This document shows positions 10,850-22,900 of a stretch of DNA of 64,000 nucleotides, piece after piece (within the stretch, counting starts at the first letter, position 1; every line of letters begins with the position of its first letter). Source of the stretch: Tubiluchus corallicola (lineage: Eukaryota; Animalia; Priapulida); contig JAQGDQ010000146.1 of NCBI GenBank assembly GCA_030141605.1, positions 255,933 through 319,932 on the forward strand, given 5' to 3'. A program made the translations under genes and the position numbers. The notes beneath the pieces were generated by a model, which was given only the letters and a program-made list of their open reading frames with translations, searched no databases and was not told the DNA's origin.

Positions 10850-13316
10850 TATCAAGTTAATGAAATATTAAACTTTGCTGTCCAAAAATTTTGCTGTCTT
10901 TAGCTTCTTTTACTTAAATGGGAAGAAAGGATACAAAGTTATACGACTTAGCATTACGTATATCTGTCTGAAAGACTTATGTAATTAGAAAATAAAATTG
11001 TTAGTAATTTAAAATGTTCATGCCAACTGATAAAACATCACTGTGTCACGTTCCCAGTGGGCACCACCAATTCACCAAAAACGTATTTTTATCTATTCAC
11101 AAGATACGGTGACTTATACTCGCAAGTTAGCGAAGTATGCACTACAAATGCTCTAATTATTTATTCAAACTTTTTGCAATGTTATCTAATGCTTCAAACG
11201 ATCTACTGTTAAAATGGCTGCGTCTAACTCATCGTAGAATACAATACAACAAGCTTTGTGTGCAATAAGGCAGTATATACGTGATGCAAAATTTCAATAT
11301 GTTTTCTAGCTTTACGCAAATAAAGAGTTTTCTAGTGCTTTAACTGAACGTATGTAAAATCTTTTATAATAAACTAAATAAACTAAAACCAAAAATTTAC
11401 TGCAATGCATTTAATATTAGAAATATGCATGTACCTCTTACACAACTTTTACTAAAGTAAAAACTGCTATGTTACAGAGCAGTAAATTTTGTTAAATGCA
11501 GTTTGAGTCTAGTGACTACTGACTAGTCCATTAATAGAACTCTAGGAGGTGTATTAAATAATATTACAGAATGCAAAAAAATTACGATCGTCTTGATCAA
11601 GAATGTTTAAAAATATGCAAGAATAAATCGATAAACAAAGTAAATTTAACCAATGAAGCCATTAGTAACAGTAACAAGAGGGAAGAGGCAGAGTTACAAA
11701 ATACTATTTTTGCGCACAAAATAGTCAAAATATATATGACAAACAAAGCCTATCTTTCTCGGAGTTTGATACAGAAGTGAACATTCTGCTGAATTCACAC
11801 ACTGAATTTCAGATGCTCAAAATCAGCAAAAATGGAGTTAGAGACGGTAACAAGAAAAATCATGTAGAAAAGTTGGCTTAGCAGAATTTCTCAACTATAG
11901 CCTTGAGCAGTAAAATAAGCCAAAAAATTTCAAAGTATTTTAAACTATAGGACAATTTTAAATGTCGGTGAAGTGCTTAAATAACTGACTGGCAAATGTA
12001 GGATAAATGCGTTTCCAGATGTGATGCTTTTAAATCACAGCTTATAAACGTAAATTTCACATAATTTAATGTTTTAGAGCCTATTCCAATTTTGTAAACA
12101 ATTCAAATTCAATTCAGTTCAACTTATTTGTCTCTTTTACACGATATAACAATATACAATATTTATATGTGAATAATACTGCTATGATAATTGAGACGCG
12201 GTGGTGAAAGACCAAGAGGTCCACTTAGCAGCCACCCCTATTTAAGCAACATTAATTAGTATGGCTAATTATATGATACTAGTTGCAGCATTGTGGAAAA
12301 CAGTTAATTTGAGGAAAACAGTGAATCGGTAAACAGTTATTTAAGTAGTGGTTAACCTATTTAGCTGTCCAAAAGTTTATCCGAAGTATGATACAATAAA
12401 ACTAGCTAGGCAGCCAAAGAAAATTTTGGACAGCTAGGTCATTCATCTACTGACCTACAAAGTATGTACCCGGATAATGCATTCAAGATCGAGTATCCGA
12501 ATGAATCAAATTTGAAGATGATGTCTAAACAGTAGGGCTGTCAGTTTACTCACTCTAACAGTTTATTGATTTTTGTAAATCAGGTGGCCATGATTTGCTT
12601 CTCATGTGATATCACATGTATTTATCTTTGTGAGAGAACAGATGATTTTTTAAAAATATTTAAAAATGTGAGTAAACAGTGCAAGTCATGAGACAACTTT
12701 TTTGTTCTGTGAAGGGTGTTAATTAATGACCACTAATCACTTCTGTTTCACGCAATACGTGCCAGCCACACATTAGAATAAGTGTAACTATGCCAGACAG
12801 CAGTTTACCTATCTGACTTTCTTAAGTTTACTGCACGATTATAGTGATCAACTTAGTTTTGGTACCCCCATGTTCCCTTCGAGAAATGATTGATTTTTCG
12901 ACGTTTAAATATTGCTTCGATGTAATTCCATTCCATTTTCGTTTACTCGCAAAATGCTCTCACACCTTATACTTTATAGTATAAGTTACTGTATAACTTT
13001 TTCACACTGCCCCTTTGTTATCCCCAGGATTTTATTTGCTTTTTTAAGCAAATGTGCCTAGTACTCTGGAAAATTAATTAGGAATTACTAATTCCAGGTT
13101 TTCAACAGCAAAACGCGAGCATGGGTTATTTCATTATTTGTCTTGCTTGTACAACTTGTACTATTCTGTTTTCATAAGTGATGATGTATCAGGGAATACG
13201 ATAAAAATAAAGTGCATATTCCTTAATTGTGTTCTCATAGGATAACCTTTACTCTGCTAGTATTTTATAACGTTTATCCGAATAAATCGTAATGTTAATC
13301 TAACTCTAAAACTTAC

Positions 13317-13350
13317 AGTATCACACCAGCCAAACCAGACATGAAAAGGA
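13317..13350 (-). promoter_or_regulatory. Probable non-coding exon 1 of RPL21 with TCT initiator / 5'TOP start
   Basis: Minus strand reads TCCTTTTC (13350-13343, fits the YYCTTTYY TCT motif of ribosomal protein genes), then about 30 nt, then a perfect donor CT|GTAAGT at 13316. A matching acceptor TTTTAG| lies at 7285, just upstream of the RPL21 ATG. Confidence 0.6.
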
Positions 13351-13631
13351 CTACCTCCCGCAATTTTTTCCAAAATTTAATTTTTATTGTTACTTTATCT
13401 TTGAAAATAACGATAATCGAATTTAAACAAAAAAAAATGAAAAAATGAAGAATTGCAAAAGATTCTGTTTAAAGTTTCATTATAAGGAAATTATTTTTTT
13501 AAAAAATCATCCTTCACGGAAAGTTTTCGGGTTAGTAATGTTGTTTTCATTTGGCGGCGTTTTTGAGCATGTTTTTTCCTTTTTCAATTTCGTAATACTA
13601 TATAACAGCACAAAAATTCAAGGACAATAAG
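13351..13631. promoter_or_regulatory. Candidate bidirectional promoter RPL21(-)/RAD51(+), with RAD51 5'UTR exon ending at donor 13632
   Basis: E2F-like TTTGGCGG at 13550-13557 and GCGGGAG on the minus strand at about 13355-13361; CHR-like TTTGAA at 13400-13405; donor AAG|GTAAAT at 13631/13632 can pair with acceptor TTTTACCTTTTCAG| at 15404. Confidence 0.45.
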
Positions 13632-14918
13632 GTAAATGTATTGTGGAATATCTTAAATGTATTTTGATTATCATGTGATTCATTTTGTATGAACATTTCA
13701 ATTGTCGTAGACTGTAAATGCAATGTGAATGTGGTCTTGCAACACTTGTGAATGCTATGAATCGTCAGCTCAGTTCATTCCTATTAAGAACCAGCTTCAA
13801 CATATATGCATATTTATGTACTTCTTTATATACATTGTATTAAGGAAGCCGCAAAAAATTGCAAAATTAATGGAAAAAGTATTTAATATTCTTTTACATT
13901 AATTTTTTGGTGGTATAGCATCAATTTAGAGGTGTTACTGTTAACTGGGGTTTGTTAACTCCCAGTTTGACGACTGACAAGGGGTGACAGCAATTTCTTA
14001 TGCTGCCAAATAGCTTACCAGTATTCATGTTATCCACACACATTATAAAGTATTAATTATATTAAACTATGTGGAAGATTTTTGTGCCAATATATATTTA
14101 CAGTGGGTAATCAATCACTGGAATAGACTGCCACAAGCTCTAATAGATGCTATAAACTTCAGTCAATTTAAGAACAAAATGGGACCATATATCAAACAAT
14201 TGGAAAATGCAAATCTAGAATACTTGTATAATGGTCTGCAGTTCTCCCACATTTAACGTACAGAATACAGAATAGTTTATTTGTCTCAATAACATAATCA
14301 ACATGGCATTAACAAATGATGTGACTGCTAAGCGTGACAGGGTGGCGTAAAGACCAAAAGGTTATCAAGTCTACCACACTTCTACTAATTTAATAACAAA
14401 AATCTACCTAGAGTAGTAGTGTGAGCTATGTAAATTAAACTACAATTTAAATGTAAATTAAATTATTATATTTTATCTAAAGCATTATTCTTGTATAGCA
14501 GCAGTTGTTAGTTAGTAGCGCATGCATATGTTATACTTGCATAGCTGGATTAGTCAGTATTATGTGAAAATAATTTTAAGTTACAAATTGAAAATTAATG
14601 AATACTTTGTCATATAGCATAACTGATACTGACCACATGCAGCCATGAGCATAGCGAGGGCATGCACCACTTACCACAGGTTTGACTATAAGTGTTTCAC
14701 TAAATTCGCATCTGCAAACTGAATAACCATCCAAATATATCGTAATTCCACAAGGTCATTTTCAGTATTTTATCTCAAGTCTTAAGCATCTGGAAATATT
14801 AACAAACACAATTATCAGGACGTAAAATAATTAACGAGCATAGAATTATAAATCAAATTATAGCTTAAAATGATTATTAATAGATATAACAAAATCAATT
14901 AAAAAGAATTAATGTTCA

Positions 14919-15290
14919 TTAATGTTTGGAGATTATTTCAGTACGATATTTTTTTACTGCTATTTTTAAAGATGGACAAGATTTGACAGAAGATTTGAGG
15001 CTATTCCACAACTTGATTGCCAAAAATTGCAAGGAATTTAAACCACAAGATGTTAAAAATCGTTGCTGGAAATAGTGTCCCCTAGTAGCTGCTTTAGTAG
15101 TATACGAGTGTGAATCTCTAATTATTGCAAAGTAGCTAGCATACAAGGACGGCAATATATTGTTTTCATACTTGTACATAAACTTATACAGCTCTACAGA
15201 GTAAATATCTTTTAATTTAAGGACACCAAGGGAAATATATGAGGACGTGGCATGATCACGTATTTTTGCAAACGTTATTAGTTTAACAAT
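14919..15290 (-). mobile_element. Degenerate CR1/L2-type LINE 3' fragment in the putative RAD51 5'UTR intron
   Basis: FMYKYENNILPSLY...HSYTT...SLQFLAIKLWNSL tail motif. Confidence 0.7.
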
Positions 15291-15482
15291 TATGAAATCA
15301 GTGACTTTCTTGCATTAAATGGGAATAAGACCGGTGACACATGTACATTTTATTTGTTAGGGCAAATAAAAATGAATCATCATCATAATTTTTTACCTTT
15401 TCAGAATGAATTAGCTGAAACCGGTAAGATCTGCCATAACACGATTACGATTAGCAAGAAGAAATTAATGGTAGAACCCAAA

Positions 15483-16499
15483 ATGGCAACGATGGCACAG
15501 CAACAAGAAGTGGAAGAAGAAGATGCTGATGTTAGTTTTGGTCCACAAGCTGTGAAAACGTTAGAGACTCGCGGCATTAGTGCCGTTGATATTCGAAAAC
15601 TTGAAGAAGGTGGCTATTATACAGTTGAAGCTGTTGCCTATTGTCCCAAGAAAGAACTTCTTGCTATTAAAGGCATAAGTGAAGCTAAAGCTGACAAAAT
15701 AATTGCAGAGGCAACAAAACTAGTCCCGATGGGATTCACTACGGCAACGGAGTTTCATCAAAAACGTGCCGAAATTATACAAATCACAACAGGTTCTAAA
15801 GAGTTAGATAAACTGCTGGGTGGTGGAGTAGAGACCGGGTCAATTACTGAAATATTTGGAGAGTTTCGGACTGGCAAAACGCAAATATGTCACACTCTCG
15901 CTGTGACTTGTCAGTTACCAATTGACCATGGAGGCGGCGAAGGAAAATGCTTATACATTGATACTGAAGGAACGTTTAGACCTGAACGACTGCTTGCTAC
16001 TGCAGACAGGTATGGTTTGTCTGGGCAAGATGTTTTAGATAATGTCGCATACGCCCGTGCATACAACACGGACCACCAGACACAACTTCTCGTACAAGCT
16101 TCGGCCATGATGGCAGAAGCTAGGTATTCCTTGCTTGTTGTGGACAGCGCAACTGCATTGTACAGGACTGACTATTCGGGCAGAGGTGAACTTTCGGCTA
16201 GGCAAATGCATATGGCCCGTTTTCTACGTTTGTTACTTCGTCTCGCTGATGAGTTTGGTGTAAGCGTTGTGATAACTAACCAAGTGGTGGCACAAGTAGA
16301 TGGCGCTTCGATGTTTTCAGCAGATCCAAAGAAACCTATAGGAGGAAACATAATGGCTCATGCCTCGACTACTAGACTTTACTTGAGGAAAGGAAGAGGC
16401 GAAACAAGAATATGCAAGATTTACGATTCACCTTGCCTTCCCGAATCCGAGGCCATGTTTGCTATTAATCCAGATGGCATAGGAGATGCAAAAGAATGA
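15483..16499 (+). CDS. RAD51: DNA repair recombinase RAD51, single-exon CDS, about 338 aa
   Basis: SFGPQ N-terminus, [20 protein letters not shown], Walker A GEFRTGKT, Walker [17 protein letters not shown]-terminal GIGDAKE. Start placed at the ATG in AAAATGGC. The listed ORF start at 15354 runs back through a splice acceptor at 15404. Confidence 0.96.
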   Translation: MATMAQQQEVEEEDADVSFGPQAVKTLETRGISAVDIRKLEEGGYYTVEAVAYCPKKELLAIKGISEAKADKIIAEATKLVPMGFTTATEFHQKRAEIIQITTGSKELDKLLGGGVETGSITEIFGEFRTGKTQICHTLAVTCQLPIDHGGGEGKCLYIDTEGTFRPERLLATADRYGLSGQDVLDNVAYARAYNTDHQTQLLVQASAMMAEARYSLLVVDSATALYRTDYSGRGELSARQMHMARFLRLLLRLADEFGVSVVITNQVVAQVDGASMFSADPKKPIGGNIMAHASTTRLYLRKGRGETRICKIYDSPCLPESEAMFAINPDGIGDAKE

Positions 16500-17274
16500 A
16501 TCAAGTCAGATGTTGTTTTACATCAATGCTTGTTAGCGTATTACCTGATATCTTTTAAAATGTGTGTCGAGCACCACTTTGGTCAAGTTTAAGGTTATTG
16601 CTAAGCTGGGCTAGGAAATCAGATACTTCATTTTCTAATATTATTTATATTTTAATAATTTTGAAGTCATTTGTTTCCATTTTGCATTATTTCTTAACAA
16701 GTGATGCTGATCTGACGCATTGTTAGCAACAGTTCAGCAGTCTGTATGTTGTACATTAATGTTGTTGCTGCATTGTGTGCCCCTTTTGAATTGACATTGC
16801 TAAAGTGTTCAGATTTAATATTACATAACACAGCTGATAGTATGACAGGCGGTCATAGAAATTTGAGCACCATTTGTTAGGATGCTAATTAAAAAAATTA
16901 TAAACTTGTTAGTGTTAGCTTCATAGCCTCGATTATATTTTCACTTTCAGTTTTTCACGTTAGGCTGAAACAGCTTGAGTTGTAAACTGATTCTGAATAT
17001 AAAGTCAAATAATCTAGCAGTTGTACAACTAATGTAGATTATTGAGTGACTGTTGTAGATAACTGTAGAATGGTTTTTACTTTATAATGTGGCCTGATAG
17101 TGATGCTAACTGGGTTGAGCCTGACAATAATGTTTTCTGCAATGTATGGAATCTACTAAATTATCTATGTAGAGTCAAAATGCTTCATGCTGCTTACATT
17201 GAGACCCACCGCGACCAAAAGAGTTGGAGCTATAACCAGTTTGGCATTACATAACGAGGTGCATTAATACATAC

Positions 17275-17720
17275 ACTAGCAAATGCCCCGCAAAAAAATT
17301 TGCACATAAATACACTTACAATCAACAACATGCAAACATTCTACCTACCTAGTAGCTTACTTAACGCAAAACCACCAGCAGCTTTTACTGAATTAAAGGT
17401 ATAACGTTATAGACAGAGTATAATGGATGATGTCAGAACAATGGCTTTGCGACAGGAGTTTTCTAAGCGAAAATTGCCAAAAATAGAACATCTAATTAAT
17501 TCCTCGCTACTCTTCTTGGTGGACGTGTCCTAAAATATAGGCTACATCATCTTGTAGGCCTGTTCATACTCTTTCTAAGGAGCCATATATATCTCCTTCC
17601 GAGAATCACCCTAAGCGCTGCTAGAACGTTTCTTCACATTGCTAGAAAAATCACGAGTTGGGTCCGGGAAAACGTCCGTTACGGGACGCCCCATGCCTAT
17701 GCAAATATGGACATTTTGTT
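17275..17720 (+). mobile_element. Dispersed repeat family D (possibly Helentron-associated, HINE-like)
   Basis: Begins ACTAGCAAA; colinear with 57788-58230. The classification is inference. Confidence 0.55.
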
Positions 17721-18068
17721 TTGCTAAAAATTTGGGCATTAAGCGAGGTCGGCATTATAAAGGCAGGCGTTATAACAAGGTGTTACTGTACTGGATGAGT
17801 GGGTTGAGTGCTGAGTATTGACTGGTCAGCGGAAAACACAAGAACGATAATTAGCATACCAAGACGCGCCAAAAAGATTTACTTGAAAAAAGAAGTGTTA
17901 TCATTCATCAGTCTCTGGTTCAATGAAACTTCAGTAAACTGTTATTGTTTTTACATTATTGTAGCAATGGTTTTGGACACTGCACAACCAAAATAGTTGT
18001 TAATATTATCTTGATTGTTTGATTAATTCTCATATCAGTATATTTCATTAGAGGTTCACCCTTGTAAG

Positions 18069-18852
18069 TAGTCTTTAGTCTCTTCATTCCTTCTTTTCCA
18101 CCCACATTGTGAAGTACATGTATAAAGTCCTAAAATCCATTATACTTTAGATACTCTTTAGTCTCTTCATTCCTTCTTTTCCATCCACATTGTGAAGTAC
18201 ATGTATAAAGTCCTAAAATCCATTATACTTTAGATACTCTTTAGTCTCTTCATTCCTTCTTTTCCATCCACATTGTGAAGTACATGTATAAAATCCTAAA
18301 ATCCATTATACTTTAGATACTCTTTAGTCTCTTCATTCCTTCTTTTCCATCCACATTGTGAAGTACATGTATAAAGTCCTAAAATCCATTATACTTTAGA
18401 TAGTCTTTAGTCTCTTCATTCCTTCTTTTCCATCCACATTGTGAAGTACATGTATAAAGCCCTAAAATCCATTATACTTTAGATACTCTTTAGTCTCTTC
18501 ATTCCTTCTTTTCCATCCACATTGTGAAGTACATGTATAAAGCCCTAAAATCCATTATACTTTAGATAGTCTTTAGTCTCTTCATTCCTTCTTTTCCACC
18601 CACATTGTGAAGTACATGTATAAAGTCCTAAAATCCATTATACTTTAGATAGTCTTTAGTCACTTCATTCCTTCTTTGCCACCCACATTGTGAAGTAACC
18701 ATGTATAAAGTCCTAAAATCCGTTATACTGTAGATAGTTTTTAGTCTCTTCATTCCTTCTTTTCCACCCACATTGTGAAGTACATGTATAAAGTCCTAAA
18801 ATCCATTATACTGTATATAGTTTTTAGTCTCCATTCCTTTTGCCGCCCACAT
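18069..18852. repeat. 83-bp minisatellite, about 9.4 copies
   Basis: TCTTTAGTCTC recurs at 18072, 18155, 18238 and onward; units are nearly identical with no spacers. Confidence 0.95.
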
Positions 18853-19999
18853 GATTTTGAAACATTTGCTAGTATTATACGCTAGAATCATTTTTTTAAG
18901 TTGGGAAATGTTGCATTGTCACAGTCCTTAAACTTAATGCAAAAGAAGCCCAGCGTTGAAGTTCAAAAATTGATCGCTATTTCTTAACCTCACTGGCAAA
19001 AACCTGAAAGTAACAACCTTATCTGTTTTGGCTAAAGTTTACAATTCTCCACACACAAGAAATTAGTTTGCGAAGTGGACTAGAATTAGGGGTTGAGTTA
19101 AGGCTATGGTATTTAAATTGTGTAGTAAATTATAAACTCCATCTCCTTGCAAGACATAGATAAAATTTATACAAAAGTAAAAGGAAAAAATATAATTGCT
19201 TCTTGATAATTATACATTTTCTTCGTTTTACATTTGTGTAAATTTTACATTTTAATCGGTTGTATATTTTATGTAAATGTTTATTAAAAGAGATCAATAA
19301 ATATGTCTATGTATATATGCGTATCAAGTTCTATCAAAGCATTTGTATACTTAATTTCCTGGAAACTCCTGTTAAGATGAATTTTTAATATGGTAACCAA
19401 TAGGTAAGCTTAAATTTAAATCTTACCAACGATTTTACGACCAATCTGGCGGTTGCAAAAGAATTTACGTATGCTAAAGTAATTATTGTTTGACTGATTT
19501 AATTTCTTAGTTAATTAACATTGAGAATTAGTGACTGTCTGGATGAACTCAAAACTATGAATAACATGTGTTTTAACTTGGGATATTAAAATTAAAAGTC
19601 CAAACTGATGACCACGATACAAGTCAGTTCTTTGATAACAAAGGTAAAGGTATTTTGAGGGTTTTTGATTATACACAAATAGCATGAAGTGACAGTGTCG
19701 CGGAGAGACCATTATTACGTGAAATGCTACATTCCAGTGAAATTTCTATTCAACTTTTATAGTTTTGCCGCTACAGCGTAGGTATTTTGGTTTTGGATGG
19801 CAAGTCAAAAAGGGAGAAATGATGTTTACTTTTATTTTTGAAAAGCTTATTACAAAAGATGAAATAAAATAGCGGGCTATTATTTTATGATTGATTTATG
19901 TTTACCAAATCGTTGTCGCCTTTGAGCGACGATTTTGAAAAGTATTATAAGTTTTATAAATACTTAAAAGTAAAAGTGGCTTCTTTCAATTGTATGAAA

Positions 20000-22900
20000 A
20001 TGGTAAGCAAATAATTGTATTGTGGTTAGTTATTTAGCTTATTTATGTCTCAAATAATCTATTTCACATTTATGAAAGGTGTTATTCGAGTTTTGCGTTC
20101 GTCGTTTATTGTGAGACTGAGTTTTTAAGAAATGCTATGTGGCCTTTGCCCATACTCAATATGACAATAGCATTCTAAATGGGAAGAAGCTAACTTGATG
20201 TTATCGGCTAACCTGGTTTAGCACATAGGTTGTAGGGCGTTATTGCATATTTTCCCTTACAAACTAACTATTTTCCCTTAAAACGAAACACGAAATACTA
20301 GAAGTTTCATCAGGAATCAAGATAAAGGATTTTGAAATATTGTCGGACAATTTAATGTCACATAAGAATATAATTTCAATTTCAGGAAGGTCTTATGTTT
20401 AAATAGTACATATACTATATTAACAACAACATATAATATAATGCATTATGTAACAATAATATACTGATTTTCATACTCAGATAGGAGGTTTATATTTCTT
20501 ATAATTGTAGACTATCCTCTTCCTTGTCCAGTGCATACCCAGTTATTTCTTAGTTATTAGGTAAACTCCGTTGATTTACTTAATACGATCTTGTAAATCT
20601 CAAACAAATTGTCTGTTGTGATTGATCCAACTATCTATGACTAAATTTTATGAAGTTTTATGAATCACTGTGAGCTTATAGAACTGCCATTTTCATCAGA
20701 ATCTTTAGTACACTCATGTTGGTCAGGATATGTCTGCCCTTTCAGATCATTTTGAGTTCAACTTGTGTATCTTTGTATTAGGACAATTCTACCAATTCCT
20801 CAACCATATACCGAAATTTTGAAATGATTCTCTTATGTTATGTGTAATAATTACATAGATGATGTCACCTAGTTTTGAAGAAAAATACTTTTGATACCAA
20901 ACTTCGATACTGACTAAACACTTAGATTCAAAGATGGCCTCGGGTATACTAGTTCACAATCTGCATGTGAGACATGCAATTTTGATCGTAATCGTAGTAC
21001 ACGCATATAAAGATCACTAGAAATCGACCGAAAAACCAATAGTTTAAGTCCATTATAAATTTTCATTTAATTAAAGGCTTCCTTGTAAAAATAGGTTTTA
21101 AGAAATGATTTACTTTTCACCGTAGTCATTTTACGTTCATAAATCGGTAAATCGTTTCATAATTTTGGTGTTGCTATGCTAAAACTATAAGATCCATACG
21201 TGACTAGATTATAATGCGGTACAACAAGAGTCGAAGTGCTAGCTGATCTAAGATTACGTTTCGGCATGTATGGCTTCAAAAAATCATATATATAGGAGGG
21301 CTGTTGGAGCTTTGAATATTAACAAAAGAACTTTGTATTTTATTCTGAAAGAAACGGGCAAGCAGTGCAATTTTATTACATATGAAATCCACGCCTCAAA
21401 AATCCAATTTAGACTGAACATGCACAAAGTGTTTTTTTACGACTTGTAAAAAGGTGCGTGTTGTGTAAAACGTGTTTCAGTTACAGTGGACTCTCGTTAT
21501 AAGAATCACCTCGGGAGAAGGCAAAGTGATTCTTTTAACAAGCGATTCTTATAACGAGCATGACACAGAATTGCTTTAAAAAAATTTTATGCACATAAAA
21601 ATTATTTATTTCCCGAAATTACGCTAGAAACGACATGAAACAGCGTAATGTTTTTCTGGCCTAAAAAGGACCTAAAAATTAATAGACTAATGTTTTCATT
21701 TCATGGTTGGGTAAATATTTCATGATGCCAGAATTGCCTTAAAAATTTTTTAATGCACATAATTTTTTTCCGCCACGCCCACTGCGCAGAACCTTGTAAG
21801 CAGGGCGTGAGAGACAATGGAGTTGGCGCCAAAATTGATTCTACTATCGAAAGAAGGGTGATTCTTATACGAGCGGATTTTCACTATGAAAATGCCGAAT
21901 CAATTCAGGAAATGCGATTTTGATTCTTATATCGAGCTGATTCTTATACGTGTGATTCTTGTAACGAGAGTCCACTGTACTTGGGGCATAAACTCTCCAA
22001 ACTTGGTTGTGAATTCCTTGTCCTTTAGGCTTTATTTAACATGTTACAAAATGAAAGAGTGGCCACTAATAACCTGCAACGTTTTGCCTCTTTCTTTTTT
22101 TGTGAGGTCGTCAGCTAGTCATCAAATAATCCTACCCGCTTTGTACATCTGCAAATCGGTTTTGCCTGTGGTACTTTTTGGGACTGCGACAAGTTTCTTT
22201 GACAGCAGCCCGCAATATCCATTGAGACTAAACTCCGCATGTTCAAAGCTAGCGTCCTATCCACGCTGATGTATGGCAGCTAAACGTGTGCTATCCTAGC
22301 GGAGGATGAAAGACGTCTTAGGCGCGTTCTCGGCATTAGCTATTGGGATCACATCACGAACGCCGAGGTCTACAGACGTGTGGGTCTCGCCGGTACATTG
22401 GCGGACCGCATCAGACGTCGCCGTCTGGAATATCTGGGGCACGTCGCTCGAATTGCCTGCTCCCGCCTACCGTTCATCTCCATGTTCGAGCCGGCGCCGG
22501 CTGCAGCAGCACGCCACGGCACGTGGAAGTGCTACAGAGGAGGTCAACAAAGGCATTTCTGGCATCAAATCAAGCGCAATATTGTGTCTCCTCTTGGGCT
22601 CGACCGCTACCACCAAGTTTCCGATGATCTCACAGAGCTGCCGTCATACTGCGAGGACCAAAAGCAGTGGCGTGCGATGGTTCGGGATGCTACCTGTGCT
22701 GGCCTGCCTCCACCTGGTGGGGGCAGCAAGTAAGCAAGTACCCGCTTTGTGTCGCGCAGACTGGGGCTTTCCACTTTCAGTTTTCGCATGTAGGTATTTT
22801 GAAAGAAAATCATCTGCGGTTACTTTTGACCCTCGATGTGACACGGGTCTTTGATGTTATGATTGTTTACTCGTGTTATGCTGTTGTTACTAGTACGCAA

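Noticed and set aside
15354-15482. N-terminal extension of RAD51 in the ORF track
   Set aside because: Non-ATG start; crosses a polypyrimidine tract and CAG acceptor at 15404; homology starts near 15483.
18069-18852. CRISPR-like array
   Set aside because: Contiguous near-identical units with no unique spacers, no cas genes, eukaryotic context.
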